In this document: positions 27,775 through 36,972 of the stretch, in pieces
Numbering within the stretch: position 1 is the first letter of the stretch
Layout of the letters: the number at the start of each line of letters is the position of its first letter
Origin: an uncultured Candidatus Bathyarchaeia archaeon
Lineage (GTDB): Archaea > Thermoproteota > Bathyarchaeia > Bathyarchaeales > Bathyarchaeaceae
DNA: 64,000 nucleotides
Reading direction: 5' to 3'
Assembly (NCBI GenBank): GCA_964399485.1
Contig: CAYNQS010000001.1
Span: 64,797-128,796, forward strand
The notes under the pieces: generated by a model
The model's input: the letters and a program-made list of their open reading frames with translations, nothing else
The model's database searches: none
Told to the model about the DNA's origin: nothing
Made by a program: the position numbers and the translations under genes

Positions 27775-29094
27775 ATGAAAGTTGAAAAAATGGGGAACTG
27801 GCGAAGAACCCACTACTCAGCCGATATAGGACCTGAACTGGACGGACAGGAAGTCTTGGTTTTCGGCTGGGTTCACGAGATCAGGGACTTAGGCGGCTTA
27901 CGCTTTCTGATACTACAGGACAAAACTGGAAAACTGCAGATCACGATCCACCGACACAAAGTCCCAGGTAAAGTGGTGAAGAAGGCAGAGTCGCTGCAGA
28001 AGCAATACAGCATCGGCGTCAAAGGAACCGTTAAAAAGATGGATAAGGCTCCCGGAGGAGCAGAAATCATCCCCAAAGAAATGCGGGTGTTCAGCGTATC
28101 GCAGCAGCCATTGCCCCTCGACATAACTGGACGGACAAAGGCGGAGATTGATGTGCGCCTTGATGCCCGCGTATTGGATTTGCGGCGAGAAGAAAACCAA
28201 GCTATCTTCAGGATTCAACATGCTGCTCTTGAGGCTGCCCGAAGTTTCCTGTCAAAAGAGGGTTTCATGGAAGTTTTTACTCCCCGAATCATTGTGTCCG
28301 CTACTGAGGGCGGTTCTGCTCTGTTTCCTGTGGCATACTTTACGCGGGAGGCTTTTCTGGCTCAGAGTCCCCAGCTTTACAAGGAGCAGCTGATTCTGGA
28401 TTTCGAGAAGGTGTTCGAGATCGGACCCTTTTTCAGAGCCGAAGAGTCTCATACTCGCCGCCACCTAAGCGAATTCATCTCAGTTGACATCGAGCAGGCT
28501 TTCGCCACGGCTGAGGACGTCATGAAGGTTCTCGAAGAACTAATTCATAGCGTCTGCAAGGATGTGGCGGAGAACTGTAAACGGGAATTGAAGCTTCTCA
28601 AGCACAAAATTAAGGTTCCTGAGGTTCCCTTCAAGCGTCTAACTTATGGCGAGGTTTTGGAGGAGCTGGAGGAGAACAAGATTCACATCAACTGGGGCGA
28701 GGACATTCCCACCACCGCCAACAGGGTTCTCGGGAAGCTTCATCCCAGTTACTACTTCATCACTGACTGGCCAACCAAAACTAAAGCCTTCTACATCAAA
28801 CCGCAAGACAACAACCCTGAACTGAGTGAAGGCTTCGATTTGATGTGGCACTGGGTAGAACTCTCTTCGGGAGGAACACGTATCCACTCCAAGGAACTGC
28901 TGATGAAAAGGCTAGCCGAGCAGGGACTCAGCAAGGAATCCTTCAAAACTCACCTGCAGGCATTCGATTATGGCATGCCCCCCCACGCAGGATGGGGCTT
29001 AGGTCTAGCAAGACTGGTCATGGTCCTCACGGGCATAAAAAACATCAGAGAAGCAGTGCTCTTCCCAAGAGACCAATTCAGACTCACACCCTAA
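27775..29094 (+). CDS. aspS: Aspartate--tRNA ligase (archaeal type)
   Basis: OB-fold N-terminus (GWVHEIRDLGGLRFLILQD) and class II motifs (FRAEESHTRRHLSEF, GGTRIH, GWGLGLARL). Confidence 0.95.
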   Translation: MKVEKMGNWRRTHYSADIGPELDGQEVLVFGWVHEIRDLGGLRFLILQDKTGKLQITIHRHKVPGKVVKKAESLQKQYSIGVKGTVKKMDKAPGGAEIIPKEMRVFSVSQQPLPLDITGRTKAEIDVRLDARVLDLRREENQAIFRIQHAALEAARSFLSKEGFMEVFTPRIIVSATEGGSALFPVAYFTREAFLAQSPQLYKEQLILDFEKVFEIGPFFRAEESHTRRHLSEFISVDIEQAFATAEDVMKVLEELIHSVCKDVAENCKRELKLLKHKIKVPEVPFKRLTYGEVLEELEENKIHINWGEDIPTTANRVLGKLHPSYYFITDWPTKTKAFYIKPQDNNPELSEGFDLMWHWVELSSGGTRIHSKELLMKRLAEQGLSKESFKTHLQAFDYGMPPHAGWGLGLARLVMVLTGIKNIREAVLFPRDQFRLTP

Positions 29095-29101
29095 CCAAGG
29101 G

Positions 29102-30469
29102 CTAGTATCCTGCTGTTATCAGGTCTTGTGGCTTCATGAATTCTCTTAGCAGGACAGTTGCGTAGCTGCCGCGGTTCAGGGTGAATCCAAGCTTCATCAT
29201 CTGTTTTCCCTCGTTCTCTGAATCGTCGGCTACTTCTTCCTGATCCAGATTCCAGACAGGATTCAGAATCTCCCTTACTCTGCCTTCTGCGGTTACTTCG
29301 GGCATGAAAGGGATTTTGAACTTTTCTGGGGTCACGTTCTCGGCTTCAAGAATCTCCTGCTCTATTTCTCCCTGTATTCCCTTGGATGGAGGCTGGTTTG
29401 GACCTATGAGCGGCGCCGCCACGAACATCTTTCCCTCTTTCACTGATTGTTCTATTGCTTTAATGTTTGTTTCGGTTGTCTGATCGTATTCTTCTGTGGG
29501 AAGTCCATGTTCGTCAAGCTTTACCGTGTAGTCGCCGATCTGGGGTTCGTCGAGGGGGATGCCTCTTCGTATCCGTTCACTGATGAACCTGTTGAAGAGA
29601 TAGGATTGGTAGCCTTGAACGAAGAGTTTACGGAGTCTCCGAGGCAGCTCTCTGAATGCGCCCACATAATCTTTTGGATACCTTGCCAAGTGACGGAGCA
29701 TGAAACGTTCATACCTCAAAAATCTCGGGAAACGTTCGAGCGCCGCTCCAAAGTCTAGAGTATCTTGCAGTTGTTGTCGAGCCGCCCTTGCTTCCGGGTG
29801 CTCGTGTACGCTGGGTTCTGCAAGGAAAACCAGAGCCGCCCTCTCAGAGTCCCCCATTGTTAGATGTTTGCCTATCTGATGGGTGTTGGGTCTGATGGTG
29901 CCAAAGCGCTGGTGACCAAAAAAGTTGGGAACCCCGCCTACCCTCTCTATTTCATCTTGGGCCTTCTTTGCCCGCTCCTCAATAACTGAAGCTGGGTATT
30001 CTATTCCTCTGATTGTTATGTGGAACCTGTTTCCTTTGATGAGCTGAGAATACATCCTCTCTTTAGAGAAACGCTGCGGATACAACTTCATGTCCTTGAT
30101 GTTGACTCCTGCAACCCTGTCAGGCGACACGCTTTGGAGGCTTATATGCTGCGCAGTGAGGGCTTTGGTGTCCTTGATGCCCGCAAACCTGATGCGCTTA
30201 TGGCTTATTCTCAGCCTCTCTGCAACCTGCCTCACCGCCAAAAAGGTGTCCCATCTCCGCTTAACCAAAACACAGATAAGATAACGTCCCTCCCCAGCAG
30301 GTTCCCAACCCTTAACCGAAGCCGAAACCTCAGCCAGCGACCCATCAACAAGCAGCTCCTCAACCACAAAATCGTCTAACAGTTGACGGATTCTTCCCCC
30401 CACCCCCGGAGATTGGGTGACGTAAGTTTCCATGCCCAGCTCTCTCTCAAGTGATGGAACCTGCAACAA
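29102..30469 (-). CDS. truD: tRNA pseudouridine(13) synthase TruD
   Basis: GVGGRIRQLLDDFVVEE, AGIKDTKA (catalytic Asp) and YATVLLRE family motifs. The start may be the internal METYV. Confidence 0.9.
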   Translation of the reverse strand: MLQVPSLERELGMETYVTQSPGVGGRIRQLLDDFVVEELLVDGSLAEVSASVKGWEPAGEGRYLICVLVKRRWDTFLAVRQVAERLRISHKRIRFAGIKDTKALTAQHISLQSVSPDRVAGVNIKDMKLYPQRFSKERMYSQLIKGNRFHITIRGIEYPASVIEERAKKAQDEIERVGGVPNFFGHQRFGTIRPNTHQIGKHLTMGDSERAALVFLAEPSVHEHPEARAARQQLQDTLDFGAALERFPRFLRYERFMLRHLARYPKDYVGAFRELPRRLRKLFVQGYQSYLFNRFISERIRRGIPLDEPQIGDYTVKLDEHGLPTEEYDQTTETNIKAIEQSVKEGKMFVAAPLIGPNQPPSKGIQGEIEQEILEAENVTPEKFKIPFMPEVTAEGRVREILNPVWNLDQEEVADDSENEGKQMMKLGFTLNRGSYATVLLREFMKPQDLITAGY

Positions 30470-30476
30470 ATCAGCC

Positions 30477-30863
30477 TCAGAGGAGAGGAAATTTTCCCGT
30501 TATGGTATCCACTCTATCGGATGGGGCGGGTCCTATTCCTAGGCAAGTTATGGTTTCCGGCGGCAGCTCAGTTAAACCCCTGTCAACAATCAGGGCTGCA
30601 GGCAAACCTGCGTTCCTAGCTTTTCTCTCAAGTTCCAGAAGCTCCTGCTCAGACTTCACCTTCACCGCAATCTTGCACTGCCCCTCCCCGATCCATGGGC
30701 TCCACCATTCAGGACGATTCTTCCGAGCATACTCAGACGCGGAAACAGCAGCATGTCCAGCCTGAGCAGCCACCTTTCCTTTACTCATCTTAATGTCGGT
30801 TCTCACCACAATAACCTGCTTATACGAGAAATCCGACGAATCAACAGAAATTTTTCCCGTCAT
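30477..30863 (-). CDS. pth2: Peptidyl-tRNA hydrolase, archaeal Pth2 type
   Basis: KQVIVVRTDIKMSKGKVAAQAGHAAV and CKIAVKV motifs. Confidence 0.9.
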   Translation of the reverse strand: MTGKISVDSSDFSYKQVIVVRTDIKMSKGKVAAQAGHAAVSASEYARKNRPEWWSPWIGEGQCKIAVKVKSEQELLELERKARNAGLPAALIVDRGLTELPPETITCLGIGPAPSDRVDTITGKFPLL

Positions 30864-30990
30864 GTTCCTGTAACCTCAACAACTATCTAATGTGTCCCTG
30901 TCCTTCATAAAACGCTTTCATGCCCTCCGGCGACAAAACCAGAAGTTTTCCATTCGAAAACTGAAATAACATGCTTTGCGGAAACGAAGA

Positions 30991-32208
30991 TTACTGTTTT
31001 GTTGCCGAGGTCAGCCATGAAAAGAGGAAATAGCTGATCACCGCCAGTGCGCCCGGATACTTGATCATGGGAATAAGAGATCGTCCCTGAAAATCTAGGT
31101 CCCCAACCTTCTCAAGCACGCTGTCAACACCCAGTTTTCTGCACAAGTCAATCATCCCGTCTATTCTGCTGTCAGAAAGGCTGTTGAGCATTCTGCGCAT
31201 CCGAAGCATAGCAGCCAAGTCAAAACCAATCAAACTTTTCCATCGGGACTGGTAACGGGACAGAAAAGCCTCCGAAAAATCCTGCATTTTCACGGCTTCA
31301 TAGGCAGCCTCCCCTGCCACTCTAGCACATGTCAACCCAAAGATGACGCCTCCCCCGGTTGTGGGTTTCACTTGGGAAGCCGCGTCTCCAACCACCAGAA
31401 AACCGTCCGAATACGTTTTAGGGATTGGACCAGCCAACGGTATGGGATGAAAAGAACTGTATGTGGTTCTGCTTCTTTTCAGTTTCTCAGAGGCAATAGG
31501 GTGTTTCTCCATGAATCGCCGCAGATATTTTCCGGGGTCACCGGATTCGGTGGCTAAACCAACCTTCGCTGAGCCATCTTTTCTGGGGATTATCCAAGCA
31601 AAAAAGCCGGGAGCAACTTTACTTCCTAGATACACTTCAACCATGTCTTCCTCTGTCCCCTCCACGCAGTCAACTTCAGCTTGGGCTCCCTTCACCATCA
31701 TAGAACCCATCAGCCTCTGTAGACCGGTCTTCTTCAGAAGCTTTGATGAGCAGCCCTCAGTATCTATCACCACATTCGCCTCCACCCTCTCTTCTCCCTT
31801 TAAGACTACTCCCTTGACAGAACCTGAATCCAAAATTAGAGATTTCACCCTTGACTTGAAGCGGTACATGACTCCTGCTTTCATGGCAAGTTCAGCGAGG
31901 TGTTTGTCAAAGAGTTCCCTGTTAACTACATAGGTTACTGGAGCGCGGCACCGCAACACAAACTGTTTACCTGACGGAGAACAGAAAACGGCTCCTCTAA
32001 TCTCGTTTTCAATGGCAGCCCGTGGCATCCGCATTCCTAACCGTTCCAGACTGGAGACATTCAAGTGACCAGCACAGTGCTTAGGCACCCCTATCTCTTC
32101 ATGCTCTTCGCAAACCAGAACTTCGGCACCTAGTTTGGCGGCTGTATATGCCGCATATGAGCCACAGGGTCCTCCTCCGACTACAACGATGTCAGATTTT
32201 TCCTTCAC
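30991..32208 (-). CDS. Geranylgeranyl reductase family flavoprotein
   Basis: DIVVVGGGPCGSYAA FAD-binding fold and VVGDAASQVKPTTGGG motif. Confidence 0.85.
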   Translation of the reverse strand: MKEKSDIVVVGGGPCGSYAAYTAAKLGAEVLVCEEHEEIGVPKHCAGHLNVSSLERLGMRMPRAAIENEIRGAVFCSPSGKQFVLRCRAPVTYVVNRELFDKHLAELAMKAGVMYRFKSRVKSLILDSGSVKGVVLKGEERVEANVVIDTEGCSSKLLKKTGLQRLMGSMMVKGAQAEVDCVEGTEEDMVEVYLGSKVAPGFFAWIIPRKDGSAKVGLATESGDPGKYLRRFMEKHPIASEKLKRSRTTYSSFHPIPLAGPIPKTYSDGFLVVGDAASQVKPTTGGGVIFGLTCARVAGEAAYEAVKMQDFSEAFLSRYQSRWKSLIGFDLAAMLRMRRMLNSLSDSRIDGMIDLCRKLGVDSVLEKVGDLDFQGRSLIPMIKYPGALAVISYFLFSWLTSATKQ

Positions 32209-32319
32209 TTCTCCTCCTCTTCTGTTCAGCCAACGACTCTACTAATGCACTGAGAAAGAATTAAAAGATAGCATATATAAGAGGCAGTTGTATTATCCAA
32301 TTTTCCTTGAGGTGTTGCT

Positions 32320-32505
32320 GTGAGCGAGGATGTAAACATCGTTATGCCCAAGTGCATGTCATGTAACCGAACTATTCCACCGGGTGAAGACGCAACAAAG
32401 ACCAGTTGCCCAAACTGCGGAGAAATAGTTATCTGGCGCTGCTCTAAATGCCGTCAGTTCGGAAGAAACTACCGCTGCCCAAAATGCGGGTTTACTGGAC
32501 CGTAG
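32320..32505 (+). CDS. Small double zinc-ribbon protein (COG2888/DUF1610-like)
   Basis: Four C-x2-C pairs ending CPKCGFTGP. GTG start 5 nt after GAGGTG. Confidence 0.7.
   Translation: MSEDVNIVMPKCMSCNRTIPPGEDATKTSCPNCGEIVIWRCSKCRQFGRNYRCPKCGFTGP
32482..32504 (+). repeat. Direct repeat, left copy (3' end of the zinc-ribbon gene)
   Basis: AAATGCGGGTTTACTGGACCGTA, identical at 21/23 positions to 34630..34652. Confidence 0.8.
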
Positions 32506-32898
32506 GGGATATTTACCTGACCTTTTTATTTATCTTTAAATGTGCATGATTTTAGCACAAAAAAGGGTCTTGGTCGATATTAGAGATATTAACCACCTGG
32601 TTGTCTTTTTTGGTTTCAGAGCAATTTCATGAATACATATTATAATGTACTATACATAAACCGTACACGCAGAGAAACTCATTCAGCCATCAATAAGCTC
32701 AGGAGGCTCTCAGTCCTATTACTTCTGCTTAAACAGCTGAGGCATCTAAGTCTCTATGTTGCCCTTTCTCTTTCTTAATCAGACCCAATTTCACTCAGCT
32801 TATTCTTCAAGTTTCATTTATGAACGCGTTAATAACTGTCCTAAAAAATAAGGGAGGGAGGGTTGTGACCGTAGTTTTTGGTGGGATGTTTTGGAGCT

Positions 32899-34248
32899 CT
32901 AGACCGCGATCTCCACAGCCTCGTGATCCCTCTGCCAATGGCCTATATGGAAGTAGTTGTTTATGATGGTTCTGTCCCAAGCTCTAAGAACTACCAGGTA
33001 GCAGCACGGTTGGAGTTCTTCTCCTTCCGCCCAAGGGTTCCAAATCACTTTCCTCCAAGGCGGTTCACCGGTGTCAGCTACGTTTCCTTCGTAGGATCTG
33101 TCGACCTCCAAGCCCGTAATCTCGTCTTTAATTTTTTTAGTGATACCGCATCCGCCTTCTGCTACAAGGGTGAGCTTTCCGAAGTTGGGGTCCTCTGCTC
33201 TGAACCTTATAACGATCTTGCCTTCACCCTTTTTGATGCCGCTGCATTTTATCTCCTTCTCCGTTCCGTCATCCATTAGTATTTTGAGGTTTTGGAGTTG
33301 GACAAGCGGTGCTTCATTATCCACTCTTACTGCGACGATTTCACTCATGAACTCGGCTCCAAGAGTGTTCCTAACTGTCAGCCTAAGATAATATTTCCCT
33401 GTCCCACTGGGGGTCGGCCAGTCTGTCAGATAGTTCATGTTTACCATTTCCGCCACATTATACCAGCCCGGGTCTGGAGCGAGAGACGGTTTTCTGATAA
33501 TGTAACTGATTCCATTCCATTCTATAAGTGTGGTCGTGATCGGGGTCCATGAGGCTAGGTCCGAGGAATATTCAACCTTGTACTTGTCAGGTTTGGTTAT
33601 CCAGAGAATTCCCCGTATCTCTGCCCACCCACCGAAAGGGTGGTCGCCACGCCCTTCCGAGACATCGGGTGCAGCGGTCGTCCCTGGAGGCTGGCTAGGA
33701 CCGTTTGCATAACCTTCGGCGTCGATCTTACCAGTGGGGATGTTGCCCACATGTGTGATATGAGGCATGTCTGGGCAGAGGAGCCAGCATATCCTACGGC
33801 AATAGAAGTAGGCGAACCAGCCACAGAACTGCCTACAGTAAGGCATCATCTTCCATTCCGCGAGTATGGATCGGAACTTTTCGGCGTCCTGTCGCTTGTA
33901 AGCATCGAAGAGAGCCACAAAAGCCTCCTTGTTGGCGGTCAGTCTCACCGTTGCCTTCCCAAAATTGAGCATTTCCTTAACTGTCGGTTTAATCGGCTCT
34001 TTCTCTGGTGGACAAAGCGGTGTGCAGGCAAATCTCCATATCTTTACGCAGAACCAGCGGCAAATCCACCGACAGTATTTGAAGATGTCAAGTCTCGATA
34101 GCACCGCCTGAAATCTTTCCGCATCACGCTTCTCAACTGCCTCGGCAGCTTCCCTAAAAAGCTCTGGATTCTTAACAAGTTCTTCTAAAGCCTCCCGAAA
34201 CTCTGTCAACTTCTCAATCTCTACTTCATCTTCACTCAAGTCTTTCAC
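32899..34248 (-). CDS. Orphan 449-aa protein: two mirrored Cys-rich helical modules plus a beta-rich C-terminal region
   Basis: Long ORF. The likely start is the TTG at 34239, 5 nt after GGAGGTGA. Modules are YCRWICRWFCVKIWRFACTPLCPP and YCRQFCGWFAYFYCRRICWLLCPD. No family recognised. Confidence 0.7.
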   Translation of the reverse strand: MKDLSEDEVEIEKLTEFREALEELVKNPELFREAAEAVEKRDAERFQAVLSRLDIFKYCRWICRWFCVKIWRFACTPLCPPEKEPIKPTVKEMLNFGKATVRLTANKEAFVALFDAYKRQDAEKFRSILAEWKMMPYCRQFCGWFAYFYCRRICWLLCPDMPHITHVGNIPTGKIDAEGYANGPSQPPGTTAAPDVSEGRGDHPFGGWAEIRGILWITKPDKYKVEYSSDLASWTPITTTLIEWNGISYIIRKPSLAPDPGWYNVAEMVNMNYLTDWPTPSGTGKYYLRLTVRNTLGAEFMSEIVAVRVDNEAPLVQLQNLKILMDDGTEKEIKCSGIKKGEGKIVIRFRAEDPNFGKLTLVAEGGCGITKKIKDEITGLEVDRSYEGNVADTGEPPWRKVIWNPWAEGEELQPCCYLVVLRAWDRTIINNYFHIGHWQRDHEAVEIAV

Positions 34249-34629
34249 CTCCTCTTGATTTTATTTCATTATGAAAGAATACTCCCGTCAAAATCATGAT
34301 GTTTAGGTGTATCCCTTCACATTATAATTATTTGTTGAACTGAACTTAAAACTTTGGGGTCAATCAAAAATTATAACAAAAACTGTGGGGCTGTGCTGCT
34401 TTCAAATTTTATTAGTTCTTAATACAAACTGTGATAGGCAATGTAATTACCTTTCAATTTGGAAGGAACACAGAAAAGATACTGACAAAGAAAGGTTAAA
34501 ATTTAATCCTTAGAAAGCGAGGGTACAGAGCACAAAGTCAATAATATTTAAAGATAATTTGTATACCCATTCTAAAATAAGCAAAATTTTAAATTTGGTC
34601 TTCCGGGGGCTGTCTCCATGATGATTTGC

Positions 34630-34652
34630 AAATGCGGGTTCACTGGACCCTA
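34630..34652 (+). repeat. Direct repeat, right copy (orphan duplicate of the zinc-ribbon gene 3' end)
   Basis: AAATGCGGGTTCACTGGACCCTA. In frame it still reads KCGFTGP-stop. Confidence 0.8.
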
Positions 34653-34867
34653 ACAAGAGTCCAGTAGATCAGCTGCTTCTGTTTGTGGATTAGCATGAAT
34701 TTTTTAATGGGTAGGCATACTCAAAGCCAGTTTTTCTAGCGAAGATTACGGCTTATTCTTTTGGGCATCATTTCACGACATATTGCACTTACGTGCTTGC
34801 CGTTTGAAAGGAAATAAGGTAGATTGTGTATAGACTACTGTAAAGTAAAGTAGAGGGGGGTGAAACT

Positions 34868-34990
34868 GTGGGGATTCAGGAAGTTAATGAGAAGTACCGT
34901 TGCAATATTTGCGGTAACGAAGTTGTTGTAACCAAGGTCGGCGGCGGAACACTTGTATATTGCGGACAGAATATGGAGTTAATCAGCTAG
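34868..34990 (+). CDS. Desulforedoxin-like small protein (40 aa, below the ORF-track cutoff)
   Basis: GTG start after GAGGGGGGTGA. Translation is VGIQEVNEKYRCNICGNEVVVTKVGGGTLVYCGQNMELIS, resembling the Dx/Dfx N-terminal domain but with YC instead of CC. Confidence 0.5.
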   Translation: MGIQEVNEKYRCNICGNEVVVTKVGGGTLVYCGQNMELIS

Positions 34991-35121
34991 AAGTTCTCTT
35001 GTATCCGGTTTGCTCCGATTCTAAACTGCAGAATGTGCTACACTATAATTTCATGAGGTGTAAAAGCAAATAGTTATATAATACCCAAGAACGTTTCACC
35101 TTTTAAAAAGGCTAAGTTACA

Positions 35122-36093
35122 TTGAAAACTGCAAGACTGTTAGTTACTGTTTCAAGACCCGAGTTTATTCCCGCAAATTCAGCCTCCCTAATTATTGGAG
35201 TGGCGTGGGGCATCAATCTCCCAGTAATAGACCTTGTTTGGGAACTGTTGATTCCAGTGGCTCTAGTGTACGCTGTAATCAGTCTTGTTGCAGCCGTGGC
35301 AGCCCAAATCAACACTATGGCAGACTATGAACTGGACCTTAAAGACAGCAACAAAAAAGAACTTGTCAAAGCCATGAAAAGCGTGGGGCAGAGCAAAGTA
35401 AAGGGGCTTATTATTGTCGAGATACTACTAAGCTTAATTTTTATCGTATTATTGTGGCAAATCATAGGGAAACCTGCTCTGCTGCCTATTTTGGCAACCG
35501 CAGTTTTCTTGGCATACGCCTATTCTGCAAAGCCTCTTAGACTAAAATCCAGATCATGGCTTGCAGTGCTCACGCTGATTATTGTCCTCAGCATCTTGCC
35601 CATAGGCTTCGTGTATTACACCTTCACTTCTGAACTGAACTTTCTGTTCCTCATTTTCCTCTCTGGACAGGCTATGACAGTTTATGGTGTAATCGTACCA
35701 GCTGAGATTCGAGACTACTTCACTGACAAGAAAATGGGCACTCAGACTATGACCGTGCAGCTGGGACTTGTCAAAGCTTCACTCTTAAGTATAGTGTTGC
35801 TGAGTGTGGGAGGATTCCTCGCGGGAACAGGCTTCTTACTCAAATTTGTTTACGGGACTAATCAGATACTGATTGTCTTCTTGCTTGTAATGGCGATTGT
35901 TTACGGTTTTATTCTGAAAAAATACAGCAGGCTCTATTCTCTTTCCAAGAAACACTTGACATCAAAAGACTCTGATTCTGTTGCTCAGGAGATTGAGAAG
36001 TTGACGGCACAAAATCCACGGTGGATCACTCTAGTCACCCAATCAATCGTCTTAATGTCTATCGTACTTTTGGTAAGCACGTTCCTGTCTTGA
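35122..36093 (+). CDS. UbiA family prenyltransferase
   Basis: Polytopic membrane protein with an NxxxDxxxD motif (NTMADYELD). Confidence 0.8.
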   Translation: MKTARLLVTVSRPEFIPANSASLIIGVAWGINLPVIDLVWELLIPVALVYAVISLVAAVAAQINTMADYELDLKDSNKKELVKAMKSVGQSKVKGLIIVEILLSLIFIVLLWQIIGKPALLPILATAVFLAYAYSAKPLRLKSRSWLAVLTLIIVLSILPIGFVYYTFTSELNFLFLIFLSGQAMTVYGVIVPAEIRDYFTDKKMGTQTMTVQLGLVKASLLSIVLLSVGGFLAGTGFLLKFVYGTNQILIVFLLVMAIVYGFILKKYSRLYSLSKKHLTSKDSDSVAQEIEKLTAQNPRWITLVTQSIVLMSIVLLVSTFLS

Positions 36094-36148
36094 GCAATCA
36101 CCCAGAATGTTACTGATGCAGCGAAGGCAAGACCACAAAACCTGTTTT

Positions 36149-36781
36149 TTATCTTGAATTGGTTATCTTGATACATCGTTCGATTGCATCAAGGCATGTT
36201 TCGTCTAGAGAATACTTGATGGTATTCCCCTCAGCTCGACCTGTTACCAGACTTTCCTCTTTTAGTTGTTTCATGTGCCACGTTAGAGCCTGAGAGGAGA
36301 TGTTTAGGCGCTGAGCCAACTTTCCATGAGACGCCGACTCGTCATCATGCAGTATCGCCAAAATTTTTGCCGTTGTCTCATGTCTGAGAACAGAAATTAT
36401 TTTCTTCTCTATGCTGGAGAATTTTTTGGATTCAAAGTATCGTTTGTTTCGTCCATCGCGGCGATTAGAAATTAAACCTCCCTTCATGAGCACCGCAAGG
36501 TGATACTGTACAACTCCGATTGGAAGCGTGAGGTAGTTGCAGATGCCTCTGAAGTTGATTCCCGGGTTGTTTATTATGAAGTTGTAGATTTGCAGGCGAG
36601 TTGTTTGATTCAAAAGATGCGAGACATGATTACTGCAAGTCATCTCCTGAAGGAATGATTGAGGGAAAAATGATGAGGGATAATATGGAGCAAGATTACC
36701 CTTCAGATTTACTACTGCAACCAAAGAAAAGATGATGATTAACAGTATTAGGAACATTGAAAGGAGCTTTGCATGTTTCAA
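36149..36781 (-). CDS. Membrane-anchored winged-helix (ArsR-like) transcriptional regulator, two wHTH units
   Basis: N-terminal TM helix, then two HTH-like segments (GICNYLTLPIGVVQYHLAVLMKGGLI and HGKLAQRLNISSQALTWHMKQLKEESLV). Confidence 0.7.
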   Translation of the reverse strand: MKHAKLLSMFLILLIIIFSLVAVVNLKGNLAPYYPSSFFPQSFLQEMTCSNHVSHLLNQTTRLQIYNFIINNPGINFRGICNYLTLPIGVVQYHLAVLMKGGLISNRRDGRNKRYFESKKFSSIEKKIISVLRHETTAKILAILHDDESASHGKLAQRLNISSQALTWHMKQLKEESLVTGRAEGNTIKYSLDETCLDAIERCIKITNSR

Positions 36782-36906
36782 CTTTGTTCCTCTAAAGAAA
36801 GTTGCCTTTCAGGTATTTATGATGTTTCGTAAACAAATGTACTACTGTTCACTGGTTGACATGAGCTAAATGTTTTTAAGCAAAATCCTTGTAAACCCTT
36901 CCATTT

Positions 36907-36964
36907 GCGGGTAGGTGGTGCCTCCCACCCGTTCCGCAATAAAAATCCCGGAGTAGGGAGGTGA
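36907..36964 (+). promoter_or_regulatory. Structured leader upstream of queT that can sequester the ribosome-binding site
   Basis: GCGG...CCGC and GGTGG/CCACC nested helices, then an A-rich tract. Loop CCUCC and downstream UCCC are complementary to the GGGAGGTGA ribosome-binding site. Confidence 0.25.
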
Positions 36965-36972
36965 AATAGAGA

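Noticed and set aside
31463-31933. 156-aa plus-strand ORF
   Set aside because: It is antisense to the geranylgeranyl reductase gene, and its Ser/Thr/Pro-rich translation has no family resemblance.
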